Source: Thermodesulfobacteriota bacterium
Lineage (GTDB): Bacteria > Desulfobacterota > Desulfarculia > JACQYL01
NCBI GenBank assembly: GCA_963675595.2
Contig: CAXXLZ010000001.1
Coordinates: forward strand, 1,376,001 to 1,440,000
Direction of reading: 5' to 3'
DNA: 64,000 nucleotides
Shown: in pieces, positions 41,001 through 49,037 of the stretch
Position numbering within the stretch: the stretch's first letter is position 1
Layout of the letters: each line of letters starts with the position of its first letter
Position numbers and translations under genes: made by a program
The notes under the pieces: model-generated
The model's input: only the letters and a program-made list of their open reading frames with translations
The model's database searches: none
Told to the model about the DNA's origin: nothing

Positions 41001-42338
41001 CAAATGGCCGAAACAGGACGACCTATTCCCCCTTCCGAATTGGAACTAATGCGAAAAGACGGCACCCGTGTTCAGGTTTTTTCTTCTCATTGCATACTTA
41101 AGCGATCCGGGCGGCCCCAAGAGCTCTATTGCGTCGACGTAAACCTAAGCGCCATCAAACAGGCCGAGGTGGAACGGGAAAGAATGCGGGAGCAGCTGCT
41201 TCAGGCTCAGAAAATGGAGTCGGTGGGTCGACTGGCCGGGGGCGTAGCCCACGATTTCAACAACATGCTGGGCGTTATTCTTGGCCACGTGGAATTGGCC
41301 CTGCAACAATCGGTGCCGGATGACCCGCTCTTCACCCCTCTGCAGGAAATCCAAAAAGCCGCGCGGCGATCCGCAGACCTGACTGGACAACTCCTAGCCT
41401 TCGCCCGGAAGCAGCCGGTAAGACCCAAGAACCTTGACCTGAACATTACAGTGTCAGGCATGCTTACGATGCTCCACAGGCTGATCGGAGAGAATATTCA
41501 GCTTGTATGGAGGCCCGAAGGTGATCTATGGCAAGTCAGGATGGATCCAGCGCAATTGGACCAGATTCTAGTGAATCTATGTGTCAATGCCCGCGATGCC
41601 ATTGGAGAATGTGGCAAAATAGCCATACAAACACGGAACGTCTCTTTGAACAAAGTAGAGAGTGGCATGCCTCCGGAATTTGTTCCCGGCTGCTATGTGC
41701 TCCTCACCGTATCCGATGACGGATGCGGTATGGACAAAAACACATTGGACAAGCTCTTCGAGCCTTTCTTTACCACCAAGGGAGTCGGCAAAGGAACCGG
41801 TTTGGGCTTGGCTACAGTGTACGGTATTGTCCGCCAGAATAACGGGTTTGTGAACGTCGACAGCAAACTTGGGCAGGGAACGACTTTCAGCGTTTATTTA
41901 CCTCGGCATGACAAGGCACCGGATTCCAAACCACTTGAAGCTACCGCCAGCCCATCGGTAGTCGTCCTAGAAACGATTCTGGTGGTAGAGGATGAGCCGA
42001 TGATCCTCAATATTACCAAAACAATGCTTGAGCGGTTGGGATATAAGGTTTTGGCCGCTGGTAATCCCCGCGAAGCAATTCGCATAGCCGATGAGCATGA
42101 CGAAGAAATTCATCTGCTCATGACCGACGTCATCATGCCGGAAATGAACGGCAAGGAACTGGCGGAACGTGTGAGGTCTCGGTATCCCAAAATCGGAATA
42201 CTGTTCACTTCCGGATACACGGCCGATGTCATCGCAGATCACGGGGTTTTAAGCGAAGGTATCCACTTCATTCAGAAGCCTTTTTCACAGAACGATTTGG
42301 CAACCAAAGCAAAAAAAGCCCTGGATGGCAGACGGTGA
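38082..42338 (+). CDS. Hybrid sensor kinase (2 REC, about 6 PAS, HisKA, HATPase, REC)
   Basis: Two N-terminal receivers, PAS repeats, AHDFNN, GTGLGL, C-terminal receiver; start could be 38034 or 38070. Confidence 0.92.
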   Translation: MSDRNVQTVFVVNDDHVQLSILEALIRKAGHEPRVFSSAEQALNAVDPLQPPSLVVTDLHMPGIDGWQLCRLMRSPEYAFLMNVPIIVVSATFYGDEPERIAADLGVAAFFTSPVDGDDFVRQVRAVLEVRHSLIPSRVLIVEDARTLSGMIEKAFTEEEYQVHKAFTIEAAKEALSTALYDLAVIDHDLADGKGDNLLELLKAQQPDCVCLMMTGDSNPQRAIDWMKRGAAAYLRKPFDPDHLIELCRRARRERTLLRTQNLLEIRTHELKESRHQFQQIFEGSRDGFVIVDEQQRITNANRAFCRMLGYSLEELRAMAGFQKITPSRWHQWEDEEIWNKRLLQEGYSGVYEKEYIRKDGSIFPVELQAYTVLDENGKISYLWGVARDISEHKQADASLRRSQSRYQSLTENFPNGAIFLFDEDFRYLLVGGESLRKAGLSSEELVGRTVKEVFPDLWSTIRPHAQAALRGEKSYYEVEYKGRIYSNQALPIKDPSTSFRQALVLTQDITERKRIEEALSKSEEKYRVLVENAGEAIFVAQNGRLKFHNSRTETMIGFSKDELTSKPFIDFIHPEDRSLVLNRHMKRLQGEIDEPSKYSFRIVHRSGKTLWVELKVVLIEWFGERATLNFLSDITDRKRAEGALLASEIRFRDLARQAPFSIQVLDLSGKTLQVNDEWNRLWGISLADIAHYNIFEDRQLLENGVIEHVKRAFCGENVIIPPMEYSAEKTVGKGQSRWVQARAFPVRDELGNIREVTLIHEDIGERKRAEEALKQSEAKYRALVENSTDIIWTYDLASKKYTFAAGALESTLGYSPNEASGMSLDDLFDSDTKKRISAEFQKILESNGQDKKIKIEATHRHKNGGYVPLEIFASLVRDDKERPVAFSGVSRDITERLQNEKALRESEERFRMLLNDVSMVSVQGYAPDGTTLYWNEGSRILYGYTSDEALGSNLLDLIIPPEMRDEVATAIRQMAETGRPIPPSELELMRKDGTRVQVFSSHCILKRSGRPQELYCVDVNLSAIKQAEVERERMREQLLQAQKMESVGRLAGGVAHDFNNMLGVILGHVELALQQSVPDDPLFTPLQEIQKAARRSADLTGQLLAFARKQPVRPKNLDLNITVSGMLTMLHRLIGENIQLVWRPEGDLWQVRMDPAQLDQILVNLCVNARDAIGECGKIAIQTRNVSLNKVESGMPPEFVPGCYVLLTVSDDGCGMDKNTLDKLFEPFFTTKGVGKGTGLGLATVYGIVRQNNGFVNVDSKLGQGTTFSVYLPRHDKAPDSKPLEATASPSVVVLETILVVEDEPMILNITKTMLERLGYKVLAAGNPREAIRIADEHDEEIHLLMTDVIMPEMNGKELAERVRSRYPKIGILFTSGYTADVIADHGVLSEGIHFIQKPFSQNDLATKAKKALDGRR

Positions 42339-42355
42339 GAACGCAATCTTAACCG

Positions 42356-42775
42356 TCAGAAGAAACCAAACAACCCCCGGTCCTTCTTCTCCTGCATCAC
42401 GCCTTTACGCTCTCTGGCCGACGCCGCAATGCCGGCGAGCTTCTCCAATGACTTCGCGAACCTGCTCGAAAAGACCCAGCCTTCCCGATAACCGTGCCGC
42501 TTATTGAAGCGAGAGACGTGGTCAATCAGCCCCATACGCCGCATCTTACTTCGGACGGTTTCGAGGATTCTCGATGAAAAACTGTATTTATTGCATAACG
42601 GCTGAAGGGTGCTCAAGAATTCATGCTTAGCATACTTGAGTTCGATGAAGATTGCGAGAAAAACTCGCTGATGGTTCTTGTTGGCTGGGAATAGGATAGC
42701 CGCGAGTTCATCCAGGTCCCGAGTCCTCGCGATCTTGTTATGGCTGAGTTCGATTTTGGTGCTGACGGTTGCCAT
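42356..42775 (-). CDS. Hypothetical protein, probable winged-helix
   Basis: LETVRSKMRRMGLIDH..GWVFS wHTH-like pattern; coupled to upstream stop, GAGGTG SD. Confidence 0.65.
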   Translation of the reverse strand: MATVSTKIELSHNKIARTRDLDELAAILFPANKNHQRVFLAIFIELKYAKHEFLSTLQPLCNKYSFSSRILETVRSKMRRMGLIDHVSRFNKRHGYREGWVFSSRFAKSLEKLAGIAASARERKGVMQEKKDRGLFGFF

Positions 42776-43143
42776 CACCTCGTATGCCGGCACCGGCCGA
42801 TGGCCGGCTTACCGTAACCATTCTCTTTCAGGGCTTCCTTCCGCAGTTCGACTCGTTGTTTCGCGATTTCGAGAGCCATGCCCCTAAGCTCAGTGCCAAA
42901 GGTATTTTCAACCCAATAAATCGCCTCATAGGCCGAGACGTACTTGTCACCAAAGAGCCTTTGAAACCGCCACCTGATTCCCTGGCGGGTGAGCCCAAAG
43001 GTATTCTCGATCTTGTCGCCGTAATTTCTGCGCAATACGAACCGCTTCAGGCCGTCCTCCTTCAGTTCAATCTTGAGGTCTCTATCGTCGATCAACATCT
43101 TGAGCTTTTCAATGAACTCCTTGTCCTTTTCAGTCAATTTCAT
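42775..43143 (-). CDS. Hypothetical protein, possible HTH
   Basis: FGLTRQGIRWRFQRL HTH-like; overlaps both neighbours. Confidence 0.65.
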   Translation of the reverse strand: MKLTEKDKEFIEKLKMLIDDRDLKIELKEDGLKRFVLRRNYGDKIENTFGLTRQGIRWRFQRLFGDKYVSAYEAIYWVENTFGTELRGMALEIAKQRVELRKEALKENGYGKPAIGRCRHTR

Positions 43144-43945
43144 TATAGGGCGGCTCGATTTCGATATCCGAGCCGTATTGTGTGACCCGCACTTCCCCAT
43201 CCTGAAGCAGGAAAATCAGAGCCATAAATCGCATCGCCCGATCTCTCCGGGCATTATCGATCAGGAGATCAATCCTGGAAAACAGGATTTGTTGACACCT
43301 GTGAACCGAATCCAGGATATGGCGTCTGTACCGGGACAGCCCAGGAAGATTCCCAGTCAGGGAGAACTCCTCGCCCCAAACTCCCGCGTCAAAACCCATG
43401 AAACCCGACAATGCTTCAGTAAACCCAGGCAAACGATCAAGCCGTGGTTCCTCCAGTAACGCCAACCCGCCCGACCGCTCTTCTCGACGGGCGAGCCTCA
43501 TCATCTCTCTTCGCCTTCTTGCCTTGGCTCTCGATTCAGCCATCCGTTGCCGGAAATAGGCTCGGTCGAAGACCCGTTCATCGAACAAGAACCGGGACGG
43601 CACGGTCTTCCCACAGGAAGCGCACGCATAATGAAGACTCCGCCTGACCAGCTTTGCTCCGCAGCAGCCGCTCCTTTGAAACACCACTGTGGGGTCGAGT
43701 TCATGGCCGCTCGGACAAACGGCCAGACCTGCCTCCAGCATCCGAAGTTTTTCACCGCATAGAGGACACAAATGATTCGCCAGCATAACGTCGTAGTAGT
43801 AGTCTCGGGCCGCAGCCTTGTATTGAGCAACGCCGAAAACAAACTCCCCGATAATCCGGCCGACGGCCGCCTCCGGCTCTTCCAAGTCAGAGACCATCGC
43901 TGAGTGTTCGCCAGACTGAGCCGGTTCCGGTGTTCCGCATTCCAT
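43130..43945 (-). CDS. Zn-ribbon protein with ScpA/kleisin-like C-terminal winged helix
   Basis: CPLCG, CPSGH, CCG, CASCG; C-term FMALIFLLQDGEVRVTQYGSDIEI resembles the ScpA C-terminal motif F.ALL.L...G.V...Q....DI.I. Confidence 0.6.
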   Translation of the reverse strand: MECGTPEPAQSGEHSAMVSDLEEPEAAVGRIIGEFVFGVAQYKAAARDYYYDVMLANHLCPLCGEKLRMLEAGLAVCPSGHELDPTVVFQRSGCCGAKLVRRSLHYACASCGKTVPSRFLFDERVFDRAYFRQRMAESRAKARRRREMMRLARREERSGGLALLEEPRLDRLPGFTEALSGFMGFDAGVWGEEFSLTGNLPGLSRYRRHILDSVHRCQQILFSRIDLLIDNARRDRAMRFMALIFLLQDGEVRVTQYGSDIEIEPPYNEID

Positions 43946-43968
43946 ATTTATTGGGAAGCAGAGCTTTC

Positions 43969-43983
43969 TTATAAACATTTCTC
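43969..43983 (-). promoter_or_regulatory. Archaeal-type BRE-TATA motif
   Basis: Minus GAGAAATGTTTATAA; ATG (43945) 25 nt after TTTATA, no SD. Confidence 0.55.
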
Positions 43984-44000
43984 TCCCACGCCGCAGAATT

Positions 44001-44016
44001 CGGAAAAGTTTATATA
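44001..44016 (+). promoter_or_regulatory. Archaeal-type BRE-TATA motif (divergent from previous)
   Basis: CGGAAAAGTTTATATA, then GAGGTGA SD (44039-44045) and ATG 44051. Confidence 0.65.
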
Positions 44017-44050
44017 CACCAGGGCCTTACCAAGTCCCGAGGTGATACCG

Positions 44051-44194
44051 ATGCCAAGACCCTATAAGTGCCCATATTGCGGCGCAACCCAAAGCCACTG
44101 GAAAGGATACAGGCCCCTTGTCCAGGGAAAAGTCCGGCTCCGGATGTGCACCAAGTGCCACCGGAAGTTCACGACTCGAGTTAAGATCGAATAA
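44051..44194 (+). CDS. Small zinc-ribbon protein (47 aa)
   Basis: MPRPYKCPYCG..CTKCHRKFTT; strong SD. Confidence 0.7.
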   Translation: MPRPYKCPYCGATQSHWKGYRPLVQGKVRLRMCTKCHRKFTTRVKIE

Positions 44195-44209
44195 CCACCG
44201 GACGGACCG

Positions 44210-45484
44210 TCAATGAAAACCGCCGAACGGCCCGGCACCAAATCCTTCTCTCGATAAGAACCGGTTGAGGGTTTCCTTGGGGAGCGACCTCGATATTTCT
44301 CTTGTCTGGCCGTACCTGCCGCGTGATATCAGCCGAGCGTTGATCAGCCCATAAAGGTCAAGGGAACCAATGATGTCCGAGAACCTCCGTTGCGTGAGCG
44401 GCCTGACCCGTTCCAACTCGCAGAAATTAGCGTATCGATCATAGGCTTCGCCCGTAGTGACCCGTTTCGAAGTCTTGGCCAGAAGATCGTAGCAGGAAAG
44501 AAGCGCAAGTTTTTGCTGAGGAGCGAGCGCCCGAACCATCTCTTCGGTCTTGTCCATCTCCAATCTGTGCTCAGCCATATCCACGATTTCTTCGGACAGC
44601 CTGCCGCCGGTTTCCTGCGCCACCTTGGCCGACTTTGATAGAAGCTCCACCGCCTTTCTCGCATCACCGGTGTCCCGCGACGCCAATGCCGCGATCTTTC
44701 GAACAGCAGCCACGTCCACCTTTGACTTGTCCAATGCCTTTTCCACTCGAAGATTCAGAATTTCTATCAAATCCAAGGCGTTATAGGGTTCAAAGAGCAT
44801 GTCCGTCTTCTTGAGAACACTCAGAATCCGCGGGTCCAGCATCTTGTCCCAGTTCAGTTTGTTCGTGACCATGATAAGAACCAACCGGCAGGGAATCTTT
44901 CTCGGAAGGGTCTTTCCGAGGAAGGTAATAAACTCGTCCGCATTGGGCTTGATGTTATCCGCCTCATCAATCAGGAGGCACAAGAAACCCTGGAACCGGT
45001 TCAGCTCTTCGATGATTCGTTCCTGCATCTGATCAATGGGAATGCCTTTCCTGTAGGTGCGAATCGAGTCATTGAGTGCTCTTGCAAGTTCATTCAACGC
45101 TCCGAAAGAGGACCTGGGCGAGGTCAAGTCCACGTATCTGTACTGAAACCCGATCGACTGAGTCCGGCAATATTCCTGGAAAGTTGAAAGCACGTGAATG
45201 AGGGAAACCGTTTTCCCTGAACCCGTAGGCCCGAAGACCAGCAAAGAACTCGGATGATCGCCGTCCAGGATGGGAGTCAGATGACAGACGATGCGTTTCA
45301 GCTGCTCTTCCCGGATATTCCGATCAAAAATCTCCTTCAGAACCGAAGTCCGCTCTTCTTCAGGCAACTTCTCGTCGTCCAGATAGTTGGGGTTCAAAAT
45401 AAGGCGATGATTCTTCTGTGAGTCATGCAATGTGCGGATGAATTGCAAGGAAGCTTCGGAATGATCTCCACCGGACATTTTCAA
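44210..45484 (-). CDS. cdc6: Orc1/Cdc6-family replication initiator (archaeal type)
   Basis: L.P.Y..REEQ; GPTGSGKT; LIDEAD; LDPRILS; FEPYNA.DL.EIL..R; TGDARKAVELL; wHTH TTGEAY..Y..PLTQRRFSDIIGSLDLYGLI..SRGRYGQTREI. Confidence 0.9.
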   Translation of the reverse strand: MKMSGGDHSEASLQFIRTLHDSQKNHRLILNPNYLDDEKLPEEERTSVLKEIFDRNIREEQLKRIVCHLTPILDGDHPSSLLVFGPTGSGKTVSLIHVLSTFQEYCRTQSIGFQYRYVDLTSPRSSFGALNELARALNDSIRTYRKGIPIDQMQERIIEELNRFQGFLCLLIDEADNIKPNADEFITFLGKTLPRKIPCRLVLIMVTNKLNWDKMLDPRILSVLKKTDMLFEPYNALDLIEILNLRVEKALDKSKVDVAAVRKIAALASRDTGDARKAVELLSKSAKVAQETGGRLSEEIVDMAEHRLEMDKTEEMVRALAPQQKLALLSCYDLLAKTSKRVTTGEAYDRYANFCELERVRPLTQRRFSDIIGSLDLYGLINARLISRGRYGQTREISRSLPKETLNRFLSREGFGAGPFGGFH

Positions 45485-45505
45485 GCGATTCTTCTACAGG
45501 ACATC

Positions 45506-45521
45506 TATAAATAGTTTTCGG
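45506..45521 (-). promoter_or_regulatory. Archaeal-type BRE-TATA motif upstream of cdc6
   Basis: Minus CCGAAAACTATTTATA, 22 nt before TTG 45484 and 28 nt before ATG 45478. Confidence 0.65.
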
Positions 45522-45568
45522 TAATAAGCCCTGTCGTTACTTGAAAGCGAACCGGATTTTAAGTGTGG

Positions 45569-45949
45569 GAAAGTTTCCGGTGGAACTTTCAGTTTCAGTT
45601 TTTAGTGATGTTTTCTTTTCCTTATTATTATTTATTTCTATATAGAAACTATATAATATAATATAATATAATATAATATAAAAGCCGCCAAAATATAGAA
45701 ACATTTTTAAAATAGATCACTTCAAAGTGGCAACAAAGAAACAAACATAACACACCCAACAAAACGGTTTCAAGTTTTCCACGCGACATTTACACACACT
45801 CTAAAAGCTGATTTTGGATCACTATTGAGTGACAACGTGGAGGCCATGACGTCCCTAAAAGACCTCGATCAACGACGGTATTTCAAGAAAACCCGAAACA
45901 ATCGGCCATTCGACAGTACAAGAGTAACGTTTCCACCGGAAGTTTACTC
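45569..45949. other. Putative replication origin: AT-rich DUE between inverted ORB-like boxes
   Basis: TTCCGGTGGAA (45575-45585) and its exact reverse complement TTCCACCGGAA (45931-45941) flank an AT-rich tract, adjacent to cdc6. Confidence 0.65.
45651..45680 (+). repeat. (ATATA)6 tandem repeat
   Basis: Read directly. Confidence 0.95.
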
Positions 45950-46011
45950 GGGTTCCCGAAGCCGGTTGACGTCAATCCATCCATTCCTCCGAGAAAATTC
46001 CCGAAACCAAC

Positions 46012-46515
46012 CTACATCTCATCCCAGTCGATATACTGAGGCGGACTTTCCCCCACCCTTTCGACGATCTTGGGATATTTTTCTCCCGGAGCCTCTTCTC
46101 CGATCTCGATCACCCGGATTTCGTGCCACCAATCGTCTCCGAAATCGAACCAATAGAAGAAGTGATCGCCCTCTTTCAGGTTCAGAGAGCCGATCTTGGT
46201 TCTTGAAACGTCTCCTGCAGGCGGAGGAGTTCCCAACGGATATTCCTTCATTTCGAAAGGAAGCACATACCTCTCCGCCTCGGGATCCTGCGGTATTTTG
46301 GAGAGCTGAAACTCGTAGAGGTGCTCGTCTTCACGATCAAAGGCTCTGAAGATCGCCCGGTGAAGCTGCCCCAGGGTATGCTTGCCTCGAACTTGAATGA
46401 CACGGAATACCGCCGGGTTCTTTGCGATGAAGGTCTTGCTCATGGGTCCGTTTGCAATGGAGACCTTTAAAGCGTACAGATTTTCCGCCCGCTTTCCTCC
46501 GGAACTCGTCGCCAT
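46012..46515 (-). CDS. pRiA4b ORF-3 / TnpR-like protein
   Basis: R.IQV..TL.QLH.AI..AF..EHLYEF..F.Y.FDFGDDWWHEI..YP.I....G..PPQY. Confidence 0.85.
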   Translation of the reverse strand: MATSSGGKRAENLYALKVSIANGPMSKTFIAKNPAVFRVIQVRGKHTLGQLHRAIFRAFDREDEHLYEFQLSKIPQDPEAERYVLPFEMKEYPLGTPPPAGDVSRTKIGSLNLKEGDHFFYWFDFGDDWWHEIRVIEIGEEAPGEKYPKIVERVGESPPQYIDWDEM

Positions 46516-46542
46516 TCACTTCCTCCTTGGTGATCCGAACAT

Positions 46543-46557
46543 CAAAAAACTTATAAA
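46543..46557 (+). promoter_or_regulatory. Archaeal-type BRE-TATA-like motif
   Basis: CAAAAAACTTATAAA, then GGAGGTG SD and ATG 46616. Confidence 0.45.
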
Positions 46558-46615
46558 GGAATGAACTTACCGGTATCCAACGGAATCGGCAAGAACCGAT
46601 TCGGAGGTGCACACC

Positions 46616-47059
46616 ATGGCAATGGAAACAAATTCGGCCACATCCGGCACACCATCAAGCGGCTGTCCCACTTGGGACGGAATGGGCATATCCGGCGATC
46701 TGCCGCCCTTTTTCAAGCCCACCGAAGACATGAAACGAAACGGCTTCGAAGTGATCTTTCTGTCCGACGGTCCCAGGAGAGAGACCGAGAACAACTTCGA
46801 CAAGAACTCGAAAGACCTCTGGTTCGATATCTCCTACCAGGACAAGGAAATGACCTGGACCATCAGCCAGATCAGCCTGCTTTCCGAACTGAAGAAGCAT
46901 TCACCGCTGAAGGAGAAGATCCTCAGGATACGCCTTGTTCCGGTGACCGAAGAATTCAGGAAAAAGCGGCCGAAGTACAGAGGCAGTGAGCGATACCAGG
47001 TTGAAGAAATCCGAGAAAACCGATTCGACAAGATCGACGTGGAAGAACTGACGGTATAG
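46616..47059 (+). CDS. Hypothetical protein, possibly ssDNA-binding (beta-rich, acidic tail)
   Basis: Strong SD; aromatic beta-strand pattern, C-term DKIDVEELTV; function is inference only. Confidence 0.6.
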   Translation: MAMETNSATSGTPSSGCPTWDGMGISGDLPPFFKPTEDMKRNGFEVIFLSDGPRRETENNFDKNSKDLWFDISYQDKEMTWTISQISLLSELKKHSPLKEKILRIRLVPVTEEFRKKRPKYRGSERYQVEEIRENRFDKIDVEELTV

Positions 47060-47198
47060 ATATTCTTTCTTCTTTTTGTTTCAGCCGATCGGAGATAAGA
47101 CGTGCGAAACAGACTCAAGTAATGGACGGAAGGAAAGACGGTCTGAACCGCCGACAGAACGAAAGCAGGCTGTAATCTCAGGGGACTTTATCTGAAGC

Positions 47199-47918
47199 TC
47201 AGCCCAAGGTCGTGAGACCATGGAGGATCGCGTATTTGGTCAACTGGGACATTCGCCTGGTTTTCAGCTTCTTCACAATATTCCTGCGGTGATTTTCCAC
47301 CGTATTCACGCTGACACAGAGTATGGCCGCCATCTCCGCACTGGTCTTCCCCTCGGTCATACCCTGGAGAACTTCCTTTTCTCTCGAGGTCAACGAAGGA
47401 AACGACCGGTGTCCGTTTCCATTGCCTAGCGCAAGCGCTTGAAACGCCTCAGTCATCGTTTCAGCGGATTTGCGGCAGAGATACATTCGGCCTTCGAGCA
47501 CCGAACGGACAGCCGCGACCAGCTCATGCAATCCGCTTTGACTGAGCACATACGCCATGGCCCCGGCAACGAGCATCTTGAACATGGGGTCCCATTCCGA
47601 ATCCGGCGCGAGTCCAACCACCCGGGTTTTTCGAAAACGATGCGTGATTTGACGCGCGGTCTCGATACCGTTCAAACCCTTCATGGAAGTGTTCACGATC
47701 ACCACGTCCGAGGGCGCGCTGGACAGCAGTTTAAGTGCTTCATGCCCGTCCAAAGCTTCACCCGAAACCTCAAGATCAGGAACAGAGCCCATCGCATGCC
47801 GCAAACCATCGAGAACCAGCCTTTGATTATCCACCAAAAAGATTCGCTTCTCGAACCACTCAACCGCTTCACCCTCTTCGGTTCGCTCCACGATCGCCCC
47901 CCGCAACAGACGATACAC
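47199..47918 (-). CDS. NarL/LuxR-family response regulator with atypical receiver
   Basis: LTSREKEVL..GKTS.E.A..L.VS.NTVENHRRNI..KL HTH; receiver has VIVNTSM in place of VI.D..M. Confidence 0.85.
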   Translation of the reverse strand: MYRLLRGAIVERTEEGEAVEWFEKRIFLVDNQRLVLDGLRHAMGSVPDLEVSGEALDGHEALKLLSSAPSDVVIVNTSMKGLNGIETARQITHRFRKTRVVGLAPDSEWDPMFKMLVAGAMAYVLSQSGLHELVAAVRSVLEGRMYLCRKSAETMTEAFQALALGNGNGHRSFPSLTSREKEVLQGMTEGKTSAEMAAILCVSVNTVENHRRNIVKKLKTRRMSQLTKYAILHGLTTLG

Positions 47919-48041
47919 TTCAGGATTAGATGCTCTGAAAACGAAAACCGGATCTCACGATAGAAAAATGTCAAATTTCTGAGCTTGAATGATATAAAAC
48001 TCTGAGACCTTGAACAATCGTAATAATCATGATTTTTCATC

Positions 48042-48100
48042 ATGGATTTCATGATTTCAATCTGTGGAAATCGCTAGACGAACTAATGGATTTTATGATT
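48042..48100. promoter_or_regulatory. Direct repeat ATGGATTTYATGATT x2, candidate operator
   Basis: Copies at 48042-48056 and 48086-48100, 44 bp apart, upstream of the regulator. Confidence 0.45.
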
Positions 48101-48365
48101 CAGCGCAGAAAGAAATGAAGGAACGAAAAACTATGGAAGGCTTATTCAATTGATATTATTGCATCTTATTCTTGAGCTGCGTCCGACGACCATCCCCCCG
48201 AAAACATCAGCAGCAGGTCGGCTCCCTTTTCAGTGGCCACGGCAGGTCGCCGTTTGACTCTTCACCTACGCAACCGCATCAAACATGCGGCAAACGTGGA
48301 AAGCAATCTCACATCCGCCGCTTTGGAACCCTTCGGAAGCGGCAGGCAGGAACTCCTTCGGCACC

Positions 48366-48899
48366 TCATTTTACTTCTTTTTGGGAAAGCCTGATCGTTC
48401 GAGTAACCGTCTCATGGGTATCATGGGAGATTCTTCCGTCGGCAAGCATCTCGTCCGCAAGGTCTTGTGCAGAGGCAAGATCAAGACGCCCGTCTTCAAG
48501 CCGATCCCGAAGCTCGTCCTTCATTTCCATGGCCTTTCCATCACGTCGTTTCAATATCTGATGATCCTCGGAAAGATCGATCAGCTGATCCATCGAAAGG
48601 CCCACGGAATCCAGATCTTCTTCGAACTGCTCTCTTCCCTTCTCGGAGAGATAGCGATGAAATTTGTCTTCCCATTCCGGCTGTGAGATGAATCCTTTGT
48701 CGTAAAGGTCATCGTACACTTCGAACTTCCGATCGGCGGTCAGCTCCTCGGCGTCCACAGGCTCTTCCGGATCAGTTTCGAAGGACAACAACTCCTTCCC
48801 CGCCTCCATGAACCAATCCATGAGGCCCTCCGATTTCGGATCCTCCTCAACAGAATCACAATCGAATTCCTCTTCCCCTCGTTCCCAATCCTTTCTCAC
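48366..48899 (-). CDS. Highly acidic hypothetical protein
   Basis: D/E-rich ORF; GGGAGG SD before GTG 48899. Confidence 0.6.
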   Translation of the reverse strand: MRKDWERGEEEFDCDSVEEDPKSEGLMDWFMEAGKELLSFETDPEEPVDAEELTADRKFEVYDDLYDKGFISQPEWEDKFHRYLSEKGREQFEEDLDSVGLSMDQLIDLSEDHQILKRRDGKAMEMKDELRDRLEDGRLDLASAQDLADEMLADGRISHDTHETVTRTIRLSQKEVK

Positions 48900-49037
48900 G
48901 GCAAACCTCCCTTTTCCAATAGAAGTGCTCGGAAAGAAATTTTCGTGTTTTGATTTTTTTCCCACACGTTTTCGATCGAGGGATCACTGGAGGAGTAAGG
49001 CAGGACGAAAACCACCCCAAACAAAAGGAGAAAGCCA

